From sequence record NZ_CP019209.1: a DNA stretch of 64,000 nt; one strand, 5' to 3'. The position numbers and the translations under genes are program-made. The notes under the pieces are model-generated. The model saw nothing but the letters and a program-made list of their open reading frames with translations. It made no database searches and was not told the DNA's origin. Numbering within the stretch: position 1 is the first letter of the stretch; every line of letters begins with the position of its first letter. Shown here piece after piece: positions 10,374 through 18,842 of this stretch. This DNA comes from a plasmid.

Positions 10374-11839
10374 AGTCAAGTCCACAATCTTGTGTAAAAG
10401 TTCAACCTCATCAAAAGCACAATGTTTTGCGTTGTGAACCTAACTGCCATGCCTTTCTTTCTGAGGAGAGAGGTCAGGAGCAGTAGCGCAGCGACTCTTG
10501 ATGTCTCTCCTCAGAAAGAAGAGACTCGCACAGGTTCATGGTGCTAAATGTTATTCGAATTAAATTCTAAATATTTTCGTGGAGAAGCCAGCCACTCAGT
10601 GTCTTTTTCCATCAAAAGTGTTCCAATTATCCGAGTGATGGAATTGATATTTGGAAAAATCCGAATCACTCGTTCTCTCCGGCGAATCTCTTCGTTCAAC
10701 CGTTCCAACACATTGGTTGTACGAATCCTTCGGCGGATATTTTCAGGAAAAGACAAAATTTGAATAGCATCTTCAAAGCCGTTTTCTAAAATGTCGCAAG
10801 CAGCACTTAATTTTGAATCACAACCATATTTTTCCAAGAAGTGCTCTTTTCTTTCACGTGTCAATTCAAGTTCAGAGGCTTTAAAGATACTCTTCAACTC
10901 GTCTTTTACATCAGAAGAAACTTTCTTTGGCAGCTTATCAAAAATATTTCTCAAAAAGTGGGCTTGGCATCTTTGCCAGCTCGCACCTAAAAAGTTCTTG
11001 CGAACAGCCTTAACTAACCCTTTGTGTGCATCAGAAATGACCAGTTTTACACCGAACAAACCTCGTTGAACGAACGATTGAAAAACGGTATCCCAATTAT
11101 CTTCCGATTCGCCGTCTTGAACATCAAAACCAAGAATCGTACGTCGTCCATCAGAATCAATGCCGATACCAATATATACACCTTTTGAGACAATACGATG
11201 ATTTTCCCTTACTTTCATATACAGGGCATCACACATGAAAAATGGATATTCCGAGCCTTCTAGGCTCCGGTTTCTCCACTCAAAAACAAATGGATCCAAC
11301 TGTTTCATCAGATTTGAAACGAATGATTTAGAAACAGTCGCACCATCCGTTAGCAGTTCAACTGTTTTAGTTACTTTGCGAGTGGAGACACCAGAAATGA
11401 CCATTTCAATCATGGCAGCGATCAAAGCTTTTTCGCTTCGCTGATATCTTTCAAAGATAGTAGGACTAAACTTACCGTCTCTGGTTCGTGGAACATGAAG
11501 TTCTAACGTACCAATTCGAGTTGTAAACGAACGATCGTAGTAACCATTTCTTTGTGATTGCCGTTCTTCTGAACGTTCATAGGCATTTGCCTGAATATAT
11601 TGATTTCGTTGTTCTTCCATCAGCTGATTAAACATGATAGTCATAAGTGTTTTTGCGGTATCATTCGCACCGCTTTCGTTTATAATTGCTTGAATTTCTT
11701 CGCTTTCAAAAGTAAAATGTACTTGAGTCATTGATATCAGTCCTATTCGAGTATGTTTTCTGCAAAAAACATTGTACTCCTAACTGAGATCAATGGCTTT
11801 TTTGATGCTTCACTTTTACACAATTATATGGACGTAATC
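10374..11839 (-). mobile_element. IS256-family insertion sequence with 8-bp target-site duplication AAAAAATG
   Basis: The left end reads AGTCAAGTCCACAATCTTGTGTAAAAG and the right end (reverse complement) GATTACGTCCATATAATTGTGTAAAAG, both close to the IS256 inverted repeat. Identical AAAAAATG copies lie at 10366-10373 and 11840-11847. Confidence 0.8.
10544..11731 (-). CDS. IS256-family transposase
   Basis: 395 aa (MTQVHFTFESEE…), clearly related to the IS256 transposase at 45169-46341 but divergent from it. Confidence 0.85.
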   Translation of the reverse strand: MTQVHFTFESEEIQAIINESGANDTAKTLMTIMFNQLMEEQRNQYIQANAYERSEERQSQRNGYYDRSFTTRIGTLELHVPRTRDGKFSPTIFERYQRSEKALIAAMIEMVISGVSTRKVTKTVELLTDGATVSKSFVSNLMKQLDPFVFEWRNRSLEGSEYPFFMCDALYMKVRENHRIVSKGVYIGIGIDSDGRRTILGFDVQDGESEDNWDTVFQSFVQRGLFGVKLVISDAHKGLVKAVRKNFLGASWQRCQAHFLRNIFDKLPKKVSSDVKDELKSIFKASELELTRERKEHFLEKYGCDSKLSAACDILENGFEDAIQILSFPENIRRRIRTTNVLERLNEEIRRRERVIRIFPNINSITRIIGTLLMEKDTEWLASPRKYLEFNSNNI

Positions 11840-12217
11840 AAAAAATGTTTCCACAGAGGACTTCTTTAATTATTGTCGATTAGAGGAAAGTGGTGTAACA
11901 GTCACTAGCGGTACAGATTTACCGCTGTTTATTACTGATATTCCTGAATCGATTATAAGAGCAGTATTCCGTCGTTTTCCTGAAGGAGAAGAAGTCTGGG
12001 AGAAAGAAACAAGCTTCACGACAACCGAGCTGCTGAAAAGTTTTACAAGCAACAGCTTCAAAGTAAATGGTTTATCGGAGTACGGAGAAATAAAAGTAGG
12101 GAAAAGCGCCAGCTTAGCTGTTTTCAGCGAGGACCTCTGTACTGATGACTGGCAAAAAGTGATGGCTGCGGAAGTTATCGCTACCTATCTTGATGGTGAC
12201 TTAGTTTACAAGAAATA
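11840..12217 (+). pseudogene. Amidohydrolase 3' part (after the IS insertion)
   Basis: Translation …KNVSTEDFFNYCRLEESGVTVTSGTDLPLF…GEIKVGKSASLAVFSED…DGDLVYKK* is a typical amidohydrolase C-terminus. It is in frame with the 5' part once the IS and one target-duplication copy are removed. Confidence 0.7.
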
Positions 12218-12265
12218 ATGCTTTTCGATATAACGTTATAAAACGAATTAAAGAGAGGTTAAAAA

Positions 12266-13666
12266 ATGGAAACAATGAAAAGAAAATTCACCTTCCCACA
12301 TAGTTATACATTGATTTTTATCTTAATTATTTTGGCTGCAATTTTAACTTGGATAATTCCTAGTGGTCAGTTTGAGACAGTTGTTGAAAACGTCGCAGGT
12401 ATGGAAAAAACAACGGTTGTTCCGGGAACCTATCACCAAATCGATAAGGCAGATTATGGACAAGGTTTTTCCTCTATACTAATGGCACCAGCTGAAGGGA
12501 TTATTTCAGCTGTTGAGGTTGTTGCTTTTGTTCTCATCGTTGGTGGTGCCTTCGGGATTATCCTAAAAACGGGAGCCATCGATCGAGGGCTGTTTACCTT
12601 AGCAAAAGTTCTGGGAGACAAGGGGATCTTAGTTATTCCGATGTCGATGATTCTATTCAGCTTAGGAGGATCAACCTTTGGCATGAGCGAGGAAGTCATT
12701 CCCTTATTTGCGGTGTTTATTTCTCTGATGTTTTCTCTTGGCTATGATTCCATGACTGCGATCTTGATTCTATTTTTAAGTACACAAGCGGGATATGTTG
12801 GGTCGACGATTAATCCCTTCAACGTTTTAATCGCACAGGGAGTAGCTGGCGTTTACGGAAATCCCCTGCTTTGGTTTCGGATGCTATCCTGGATTGTCAT
12901 TACTGGGATTTCAATTGTTTTCACCATGCTTTATGCTAGCAGAGTCAAAAAGAATCCACTGTCCTCTATTGTTTATGAGAGTGATTTAAAGGTTAAGCAT
13001 AAGTTTCAAAATTTTGACACTGAAAAAGAGTTTTCAACACAAGATAAACTAATTATCGCCGGTTTTATCGTAGGTTTAGGAATCATGATTTGGGGTATCA
13101 TTTCCAAGGGATGGTATATGGTTGAAATTTCTGCACTATTCTTAGGATTAGGTCTTTTTGCTGGGGGCATCGCTAGATTTTCTCAAAAGGAAATTGCTGA
13201 AGCTTTTGTCGAAGGCTGTTCAGATTTCGCCTATGCTGCTGTAATCATTGGGCTAGCTAGAGGAGTCTTGGTAATCTTGGAAGGTGGAATGATTATTGAC
13301 ACTATTCTAAACAGCTTGGCTAACCTTTTAGGTGGTCTTCCAAAATTCCTGTTCACTACGATTCTACTCATTTCTCAAGTAATTGTTTCCTTTTTTGTTC
13401 CATCCTCCTCAGGAGCTGCGGCATTAACGATGCCGGTTATGGCACCATTGGGTGATCTAATGAATGTAAGTCGTGATGTTGTTGTTCTAAGTAACCAGTT
13501 TGGAAATGGTTTAATGAATATTATCTCCCCAACTAGTGGTGTATTACTGGCAGGATTAGCCATCGCAGAGATTAATTTCTCTAAATGGTTTAAGGTTGGC
13601 TTCAAAATATTTGCCATCTTAACCCTTGTTTCTGCTGTTTTGTTATACATTGCTACACTCTTTTAG
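12266..13666 (+). CDS. YfcC/DcuC-like polytopic membrane transporter
   Basis: 466 aa, highly hydrophobic with about 12 transmembrane segments. The architecture resembles YfcC-family transporters often found beside amidohydrolases. Confidence 0.55.
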   Translation: METMKRKFTFPHSYTLIFILIILAAILTWIIPSGQFETVVENVAGMEKTTVVPGTYHQIDKADYGQGFSSILMAPAEGIISAVEVVAFVLIVGGAFGIILKTGAIDRGLFTLAKVLGDKGILVIPMSMILFSLGGSTFGMSEEVIPLFAVFISLMFSLGYDSMTAILILFLSTQAGYVGSTINPFNVLIAQGVAGVYGNPLLWFRMLSWIVITGISIVFTMLYASRVKKNPLSSIVYESDLKVKHKFQNFDTEKEFSTQDKLIIAGFIVGLGIMIWGIISKGWYMVEISALFLGLGLFAGGIARFSQKEIAEAFVEGCSDFAYAAVIIGLARGVLVILEGGMIIDTILNSLANLLGGLPKFLFTTILLISQVIVSFFVPSSSGAAALTMPVMAPLGDLMNVSRDVVVLSNQFGNGLMNIISPTSGVLLAGLAIAEINFSKWFKVGFKIFAILTLVSAVLLYIATLF

Positions 13667-13698
13667 TCTTAATCATCCATTAATAGGAGGCAATAGTT

Positions 13699-13845
13699 AT
13701 GATTAAAATAAATCAATTAGCAGGAATGAATATCCACTATTTATTTTATTCTCTCAAAGAATTTTTCGCTTATCAACAGAAAATTGGTATTTCTTCTGTT
13801 GAACTTTGGGGAGGTGCTCCGCATTTTTTCATAGATGCTTTTACT
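13699..13845 (+). pseudogene. Sugar-phosphate isomerase/epimerase (xylose-isomerase-like TIM barrel, FrlC-like) N-terminal fragment, truncated by IS1216
   Basis: Good ribosome-binding site, then MIKINQLAGMNIHY…GISSVELWGGAPHFF… The ORF ends exactly where the IS6 inverted repeat GGTTCTGTTGCAAAG begins. Confidence 0.4.
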
Positions 13846-14654
13846 GGTTCTGTTGCAAAGTTTTAAATCTACTATCAAATAAGGTAGAATAATAGAAAAA
13901 GATAGCAGGAGGAATGACGATGAATCATTTTAAAGGAAAGCAATTTCAGCAGGATGTGATTATTGTAGCCGTGGGCTACTATCTTCGTTATAACCTTAGC
14001 TATCGTGAAGTTCGAGAAATCTTATATGATCGTGGCATTAACGTTTCTCATACGACGATTTATCGTTGGGTGTAAGAATATGGCAAACTACTCTATCAAA
14101 TTTGGAAAAAGAAAAATAAAAAATCCTTTTATTCATGGAAAATGGATGAAACGTACATCAAAATTAAAGGAAAATGGCATTATTTGTATCGAGCCATCGA
14201 TGCAGATGGTTTAACCTTGGATATTTGGTTACGTAAAAAACGGGACACACAAGCAGCCTATGCTTTTCTTAAGCGGTTAGTGAAGCAGTTTGATGAACCG
14301 AAGGTTGTAGTCACAGATAAAGCCCCCTCTATTACAAGTGCCTTTAAGAAACTAAAAGAATACGGCTTTTATCAAGGGACAGAACATCGTACCATTAAAT
14401 ACCTGAATAATTTGATTGAACAAGACCATCGTCCAGTAAAGAGACGCAATAAATTCTATCGAAGTTTACGCACTGCCTCTACCACGATTAAAGGCATGGA
14501 AGCCATCCGAGGATTATATAAGAAAACCCGAAAAGAAGGCACTCTCTTCGGGTTTTCGGTCTGTACTGAAATCAAGGTATTATTGGGAATCCAAGCTTAA
14601 ATCATAGATACCGTAAGGGACTTTATTCTTTATTTAAAACTTTGCAACAGAACC
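13846..14654 (+). mobile_element. IS6-family IS1216-like element, copy 1; transposase inactivated by a nonsense mutation
   Basis: Terminal inverted repeats GGTTCTGTTGCAAAGTTT…AAACTTTGCAACAGAACC. The transposase frame has a TAA at about 14073, where the intact copy 2 has CAA. Confidence 0.8.
13918..14600 (+). pseudogene. IS1216-like transposase with premature stop (Q to stop near codon 53)
   Basis: Identical to the 228-aa transposase of copy 2 apart from the TAA. The ORF track splits it into the 14005-14214 and 14142-14600 pieces. Confidence 0.75.
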
Positions 14655-14731
14655 TAAAGCATTCCCAAAGAAAACATGCTAAAATCGAGACAGAAATGAT
14701 TTTCGTGTGAGGTCTGATTGGAGAGAAAATA

Positions 14732-15592
14732 ATGAACATTGAAAAATTTATTACGGCAAGAAAGGCTGCCAACTTATCTCAAAAAGAAGTGTCTGAAGGA
14801 ATTTGTACACAAGCAACATTAAGTAAATTTGAGAACAATGGTCAAGTCCCTTCGTTAAAAATTTTAATCAAATTATGTAATCGAATCAATCTTCCGTTAG
14901 TTGAACTTTTTTCTTCGATGAACGTGATCAATACACAACTTGATGAACAGCTAGAAAAAGCAGAGTTTTCACTGATTACGAGTGAATATGAACAATTGAC
15001 ACAGATTTTAGCAGCCATTGATCCCAAGGTAATTGACGAGTCTGAGCTGATTGCACGTTACTACTATCTAAAAGGATTTGAAATGATTTTTACGAATGCA
15101 CCAATTACGGATGTGTTGTTCCATTTTGATCAGTTGTTGATGGCAGAAACAGCCAACACGTTGTTTCGTTTATTGGCATATACAGGTATTGGAATGGTCT
15201 ATGCTAGAGAAAAAGAGTTGGAAAAAGCAGAAGTTTATTTCAATCGAGTGTTTGAAAAAATTTATACGTATCCGATTCGTACAACAGAAGATATCTGGCG
15301 GGTGTTAAATATCGTCTTTCATTGTGGTGTTTTTTTTGCGCAAGACGGTGATTTGGAAACAAGTGATGCACTACTAAATTACGCAATCGATATTTGTTCG
15401 GATAACCATTTGACTTATTACTTAGCACGAGCTGCTGCCCAATTAGCGAAGAACGCACAGGCTAAAAATAAGTCGAAGGCAGAAGTGCTCGAATTGATTC
15501 AAGATGCACTAGCTTTTGCTAAAATTAATAAAAACAAAAAATTAATTGATGAATTAAATCATATGAAAAAAATGATACTATTGATTAACTAA
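14732..15592 (+). CDS. Rgg/MutR/GadR-family transcriptional regulator (XRE HTH plus helical repeat domain)
   Basis: 286 aa with an N-terminal HTH (…LSQKEVSEGICTQATLSKFENNGQVPSLKILIKLCNRINLPLVELF…) and a C-terminal TPR-like domain typical of Rgg regulators. No convincing short hydrophobic peptide gene is nearby. Confidence 0.75.
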   Translation: MNIEKFITARKAANLSQKEVSEGICTQATLSKFENNGQVPSLKILIKLCNRINLPLVELFSSMNVINTQLDEQLEKAEFSLITSEYEQLTQILAAIDPKVIDESELIARYYYLKGFEMIFTNAPITDVLFHFDQLLMAETANTLFRLLAYTGIGMVYAREKELEKAEVYFNRVFEKIYTYPIRTTEDIWRVLNIVFHCGVFFAQDGDLETSDALLNYAIDICSDNHLTYYLARAAAQLAKNAQAKNKSKAEVLELIQDALAFAKINKNKKLIDELNHMKKMILLIN

Positions 15593-15794
15593 GGAAAAAA
15601 TACTTATTTTTGTTATGCTAACTTTGAAAAAATTCACCAAAGATGATTAGGGATAGACGGGTATGGCAGCAAGATAGAGTAATAAAATAAAGTCGTAATT
15701 ATCGTAAAATACGTTACAAAGCATGCTTGATCTCCGTTTGTCGTTGCAGTATTTATTTTAAGTAGGTTAACCATCAAATAGAAAACGATAGTTA

Positions 15795-15850
15795 GAGGGA
15801 AATAAGCAACACACAAAAATGTGTTGTTTGTTTCCCTTATTTGTTTTTTT
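15795..15850 (+). terminator. Rho-independent terminator
   Basis: Imperfect hairpin GGGAAATAAGCAACACAC…GTGTTGTTTGTTTCCC followed by TTATTTGTTTTTTT. Confidence 0.4.
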
Positions 15851-15908
15851 ACAATATAAAATTTTATATTAAAATTACCTTATTATATAAAAAAATATAT
15901 AAAATCGG

Positions 15909-15943
15909 TTGACAAATAAATCTAGCAGGCGTATCATCTGGTT
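15909..15943 (+). promoter_or_regulatory. Candidate sigma-A promoter for the ApbE/FMN-reductase operon
   Basis: TTGACA, a 17-bp spacer, then TATCAT, about 100 bp upstream of the ApbE start. Confidence 0.35.
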
Positions 15944-16012
15944 GTGAAAACAGTAACAAAAATAAAAACTAATTACTCATGTAATCCGTAGTTCAAGTAA
16001 AGAAGGTACAAA

Positions 16013-16945
16013 ATGAATCAGGTGATCGAAGAAACGAAAATCTGGCAAATGATGGGGACAACAATTACATTACAAGTTGGGCATGAAGAGCCTAGTCGAT
16101 TACTAGCAGAGTTAGGCGAATGGTTGCACGTTTATGAACATCGCTTCAGCGCACATGATGCAACTTCTGAATTAATGGCCATCAATCAAGCTGCTGGACG
16201 ACAAGCTGTGATTGTACATCCTGAACTTTTTGAGCTCATCAAATTAGGAAAAGCACATAGTTGTGCAAGAAATAGTTATCTGAATATTGCTATTGGTCCG
16301 GTTGTACAAAAATGGCACATTGGATTTGAAGATGCATTGGTTCCAACAAAAGCAGAGATAACTGAGTTACTTCTGCTAACGGATCCACACCAAATTCAAT
16401 TAGATGAAAAAATGAAAACCGTTTTTTTAACCAAACCAGGAATGATGATTGACTTGGGGGCGTTAGCAAAAGGTTACATTGCAGATAAATTAATTACACA
16501 TTGCCGAGAGCGAAATGCAGCGTTTGCTTTAGTTAACTTAGGAGGAAATATCGTTGTTTTTGGTGAATCACCAAGACGTTCGGATGGTGCTTGGCGTATT
16601 GGTTTGCGAAATCCTAAAGGTTCACGTGAAGAGTCGCTTGCGGTGGTTAAACTAAACAACCAATCTTTAGTTACCTCTGGAATCTACGAACGTTATCTAC
16701 AAAATGGTTCGTCAGTGTATCATCACATCATTGATCCGAAAACTGGCTTTCCAGTTAAAAATGACGTAGCAAGCCTGACGATTTTGTCTGATTCTTCTGT
16801 AGATGGAGAAATCTGGACTACACGTTTATTTGGAGCATCTTCTTTAGAAGTGTTGAAAGCGCTTGAAGAACAGCCGGGTATCGAGGGAGCAGTTGTAACA
16901 AAAGAGAATCAATTCTTGTATACAAAAGGATTTGAAAAAATTTAG
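16013..16945 (+). CDS. ApbE-family FAD:protein FMN transferase, with no signal peptide (predicted cytoplasmic)
   Basis: 310 aa with the conserved ApbE motifs (…DLGALAKGYIADK…, …YHHIIDPKTG…). No lipobox or signal peptide at the N-terminus. Confidence 0.75.
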   Translation: MNQVIEETKIWQMMGTTITLQVGHEEPSRLLAELGEWLHVYEHRFSAHDATSELMAINQAAGRQAVIVHPELFELIKLGKAHSCARNSYLNIAIGPVVQKWHIGFEDALVPTKAEITELLLLTDPHQIQLDEKMKTVFLTKPGMMIDLGALAKGYIADKLITHCRERNAAFALVNLGGNIVVFGESPRRSDGAWRIGLRNPKGSREESLAVVKLNNQSLVTSGIYERYLQNGSSVYHHIIDPKTGFPVKNDVASLTILSDSSVDGEIWTTRLFGASSLEVLKALEEQPGIEGAVVTKENQFLYTKGFEKI

Positions 16946-16987
16946 TACGTGCGAACAGTCAGAAATCGATGTTAGAAAGGAAAGAGA

Positions 16988-17599
16988 ATGAAGATGAAAT
17001 TTATTGGATTAGTAGGAACAAATTCAACGCGGTCAACAAACCGTGAATTATTACAGTTTATGAAAAATTATTTTGTAAATGAGGCAGAAATCGAAATTGT
17101 CGAAATCAAGGAGCTGCCACTATTTAACAAACCTGAAAACACAGAACTACCAAATGTTGTTAAAGAAATTGCTGGAAAAATTGAACAAGCAGATGGCGTA
17201 ATCATCAGCACACCAGAGTATGACCATGCGGTTCCTGCTTCATTGATTAACGCATTAAATTGGCTTTCATATGGTATTTTTCCGTTTGTGGATAAACCAG
17301 TGATGATTACCGGAGCGTCTTATGGCACGTTAGGTTCTTCACGCGCACAAGCACATTTGCGCCAAATATTGGATTCACCAGAGTTAAAGGCACGAATTAT
17401 GCCAAGCTCAGAATTTTTATTGGGTCATTCACTCCAAGCCTTTGATGAGCAAGGACGACTCATTGATGAAGAACAAGTCGCAAAATTACGTGAACTATTC
17501 AAAGATTTCTTACTCTTTGTCACAATCACTAGTCAATTGCAACATGCGCACCAAGCAAATAAACGTGAAGCCGAAAGCTTTTCATGGGAAACGATTTAA
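16988..17599 (+). CDS. NADPH-dependent FMN reductase (flavodoxin-like fold)
   Basis: 203 aa (MKFIGLVGTNSTRSTNRELL…ISTPEYDHAVPASLINALNWLS…), the typical FMN_red / SsuE-like signature. Confidence 0.7.
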   Translation: MKMKFIGLVGTNSTRSTNRELLQFMKNYFVNEAEIEIVEIKELPLFNKPENTELPNVVKEIAGKIEQADGVIISTPEYDHAVPASLINALNWLSYGIFPFVDKPVMITGASYGTLGSSRAQAHLRQILDSPELKARIMPSSEFLLGHSLQAFDEQGRLIDEEQVAKLRELFKDFLLFVTITSQLQHAHQANKREAESFSWETI

Positions 17600-17618
17600 T
17601 CGAGGGGAGCAAACAAAG

Positions 17619-18839
17619 ATGAAATTAATAGGTATCGTCGGATCAGCAGCTGAACTTTCATATAACCGTAAATTATTAACATTTATCCAAAAACAATATC
17701 ATGAACTATTTAATTTAGAAATCATTGAAATCAAAGATTTACCTCTGTTCAATCAAGATGATGATCAAACAAATAGTCCTGCTATTCAACAGCTAAATCG
17801 CAAAATCTTAATGGCTGATGGGGTAATTATTGCTACGCCAGAACACAATCATACGGTTCCAGCAGGATTGAAAAGTGCACTTGAATGGCTATCATTTAAA
17901 ATCCATCCACTTGAAAATAAACCTGTAATGGTTGTGGGTGCTTCTTACTACGATCAAGGAACTTCACGCGCGCAATTACACTTGCGCCAAATTTTGGACG
18001 CACCAGGCGTGAATGCATTAGTGATGCCCGGAAATGAATTTTTATTGGGAAAAGCAAAAGAAGCATTTGACCAAGAAGATCGCTTGATTGATCCACGAAC
18101 TGTTGACTTTTTAGGCAGTACATTAGCAAGTTTTGTAAAATTCATTAAAGTCGTGTCTACCTTAGCAGGGCCTAAAAAGCTTCCACCAGAAGATTTGCAT
18201 GCGACAGGAACAATTGCTACGACAATACCCGATGTTGATATGTCAGATGATCATTGGTTGGAAAAAGCTTCTGAAGCAGTCGGTGCCGTTTCTGGAAATA
18301 CTTACGTCAAATTAAATCGTGGGTTATTGACAGTGGATCAAATCAATTACTTTTTAGATTCGATGCCGATGGAATTAACTTTTGCAGATAATAATAACCA
18401 ATTTTTATATTATAATTTGCGCCAAGAAGCGAAAGAGATGTTAGCTGCTCGTGTGCCCGGTCAGGTAGGGAATCCATTAGCCAACTGTCACCCAGAAAAA
18501 TCGTATAAAAATGTAGAGTGGGTAATTCAACAACTGCGAAGCGGAGCAACAGATGCGGTACGTGTTCATGTACCAAAACAAGTGCCAGAAAAATATATTG
18601 TGCATAATTACCAAGCAATGCATGATGAAAATGGAGAGTATGCTGGAATCAATGAATACATTCTTGATTTCAAACCAATCATTGAGTGGTATTTACAACA
18701 AACGGGTCAACAACTTGTTGGAAATGAAGATGCGGTTTCAAGTGCATCTGTTCATGGTGGAAAAACAGATGCAGTAACCAGCGCCAGCACACACGATGAA
18801 ACTGCAGTAGATGCAGTTTCGAGTGCTTCTGTAAAATAA
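17619..18839 (+). CDS. NADPH-dependent FMN reductase domain fused to a DUF438-like domain, with three tandem C-terminal DAV[ST]SAS motifs
   Basis: The N-terminal 180 aa are paralogous to the upstream FMN reductase. The C-terminal half has a DUF438-like CHP motif (…NCHPEKSYKNVEWV…). The last 45 aa read DAVSSASVHGGKTDAVTSASTHDETAVDAVSSASVK. True start taken at MKLIGIVGS (17619), not the extended ORF-track start at 17442. Confidence 0.6.
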   Translation: MKLIGIVGSAAELSYNRKLLTFIQKQYHELFNLEIIEIKDLPLFNQDDDQTNSPAIQQLNRKILMADGVIIATPEHNHTVPAGLKSALEWLSFKIHPLENKPVMVVGASYYDQGTSRAQLHLRQILDAPGVNALVMPGNEFLLGKAKEAFDQEDRLIDPRTVDFLGSTLASFVKFIKVVSTLAGPKKLPPEDLHATGTIATTIPDVDMSDDHWLEKASEAVGAVSGNTYVKLNRGLLTVDQINYFLDSMPMELTFADNNNQFLYYNLRQEAKEMLAARVPGQVGNPLANCHPEKSYKNVEWVIQQLRSGATDAVRVHVPKQVPEKYIVHNYQAMHDENGEYAGINEYILDFKPIIEWYLQQTGQQLVGNEDAVSSASVHGGKTDAVTSASTHDETAVDAVSSASVK

Positions 18840-18842
18840 AAA

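Noticed and set aside
15634-15816. 60-aa minus-strand ORF downstream of the Rgg regulator, considered as a possible short hydrophobic peptide (SHP) pheromone gene
   Set aside because: It is too long for an SHP, which is normally 15-35 aa. It overlaps the terminator hairpin, has no ribosome-binding site and has an odd composition. No convincing SHP gene was found, and an upstream divergent one may have been lost to the IS1216 insertion.
17442-17618. ORF-track start at 17442 for the second FMN reductase, overlapping the first reductase gene by about 160 bp
   Set aside because: The conserved FMN-reductase N-terminus (MKLIGIVGS…) begins at 17619, just after the stop of the upstream gene. The upstream extension is a different-frame read-through with no ribosome-binding site.
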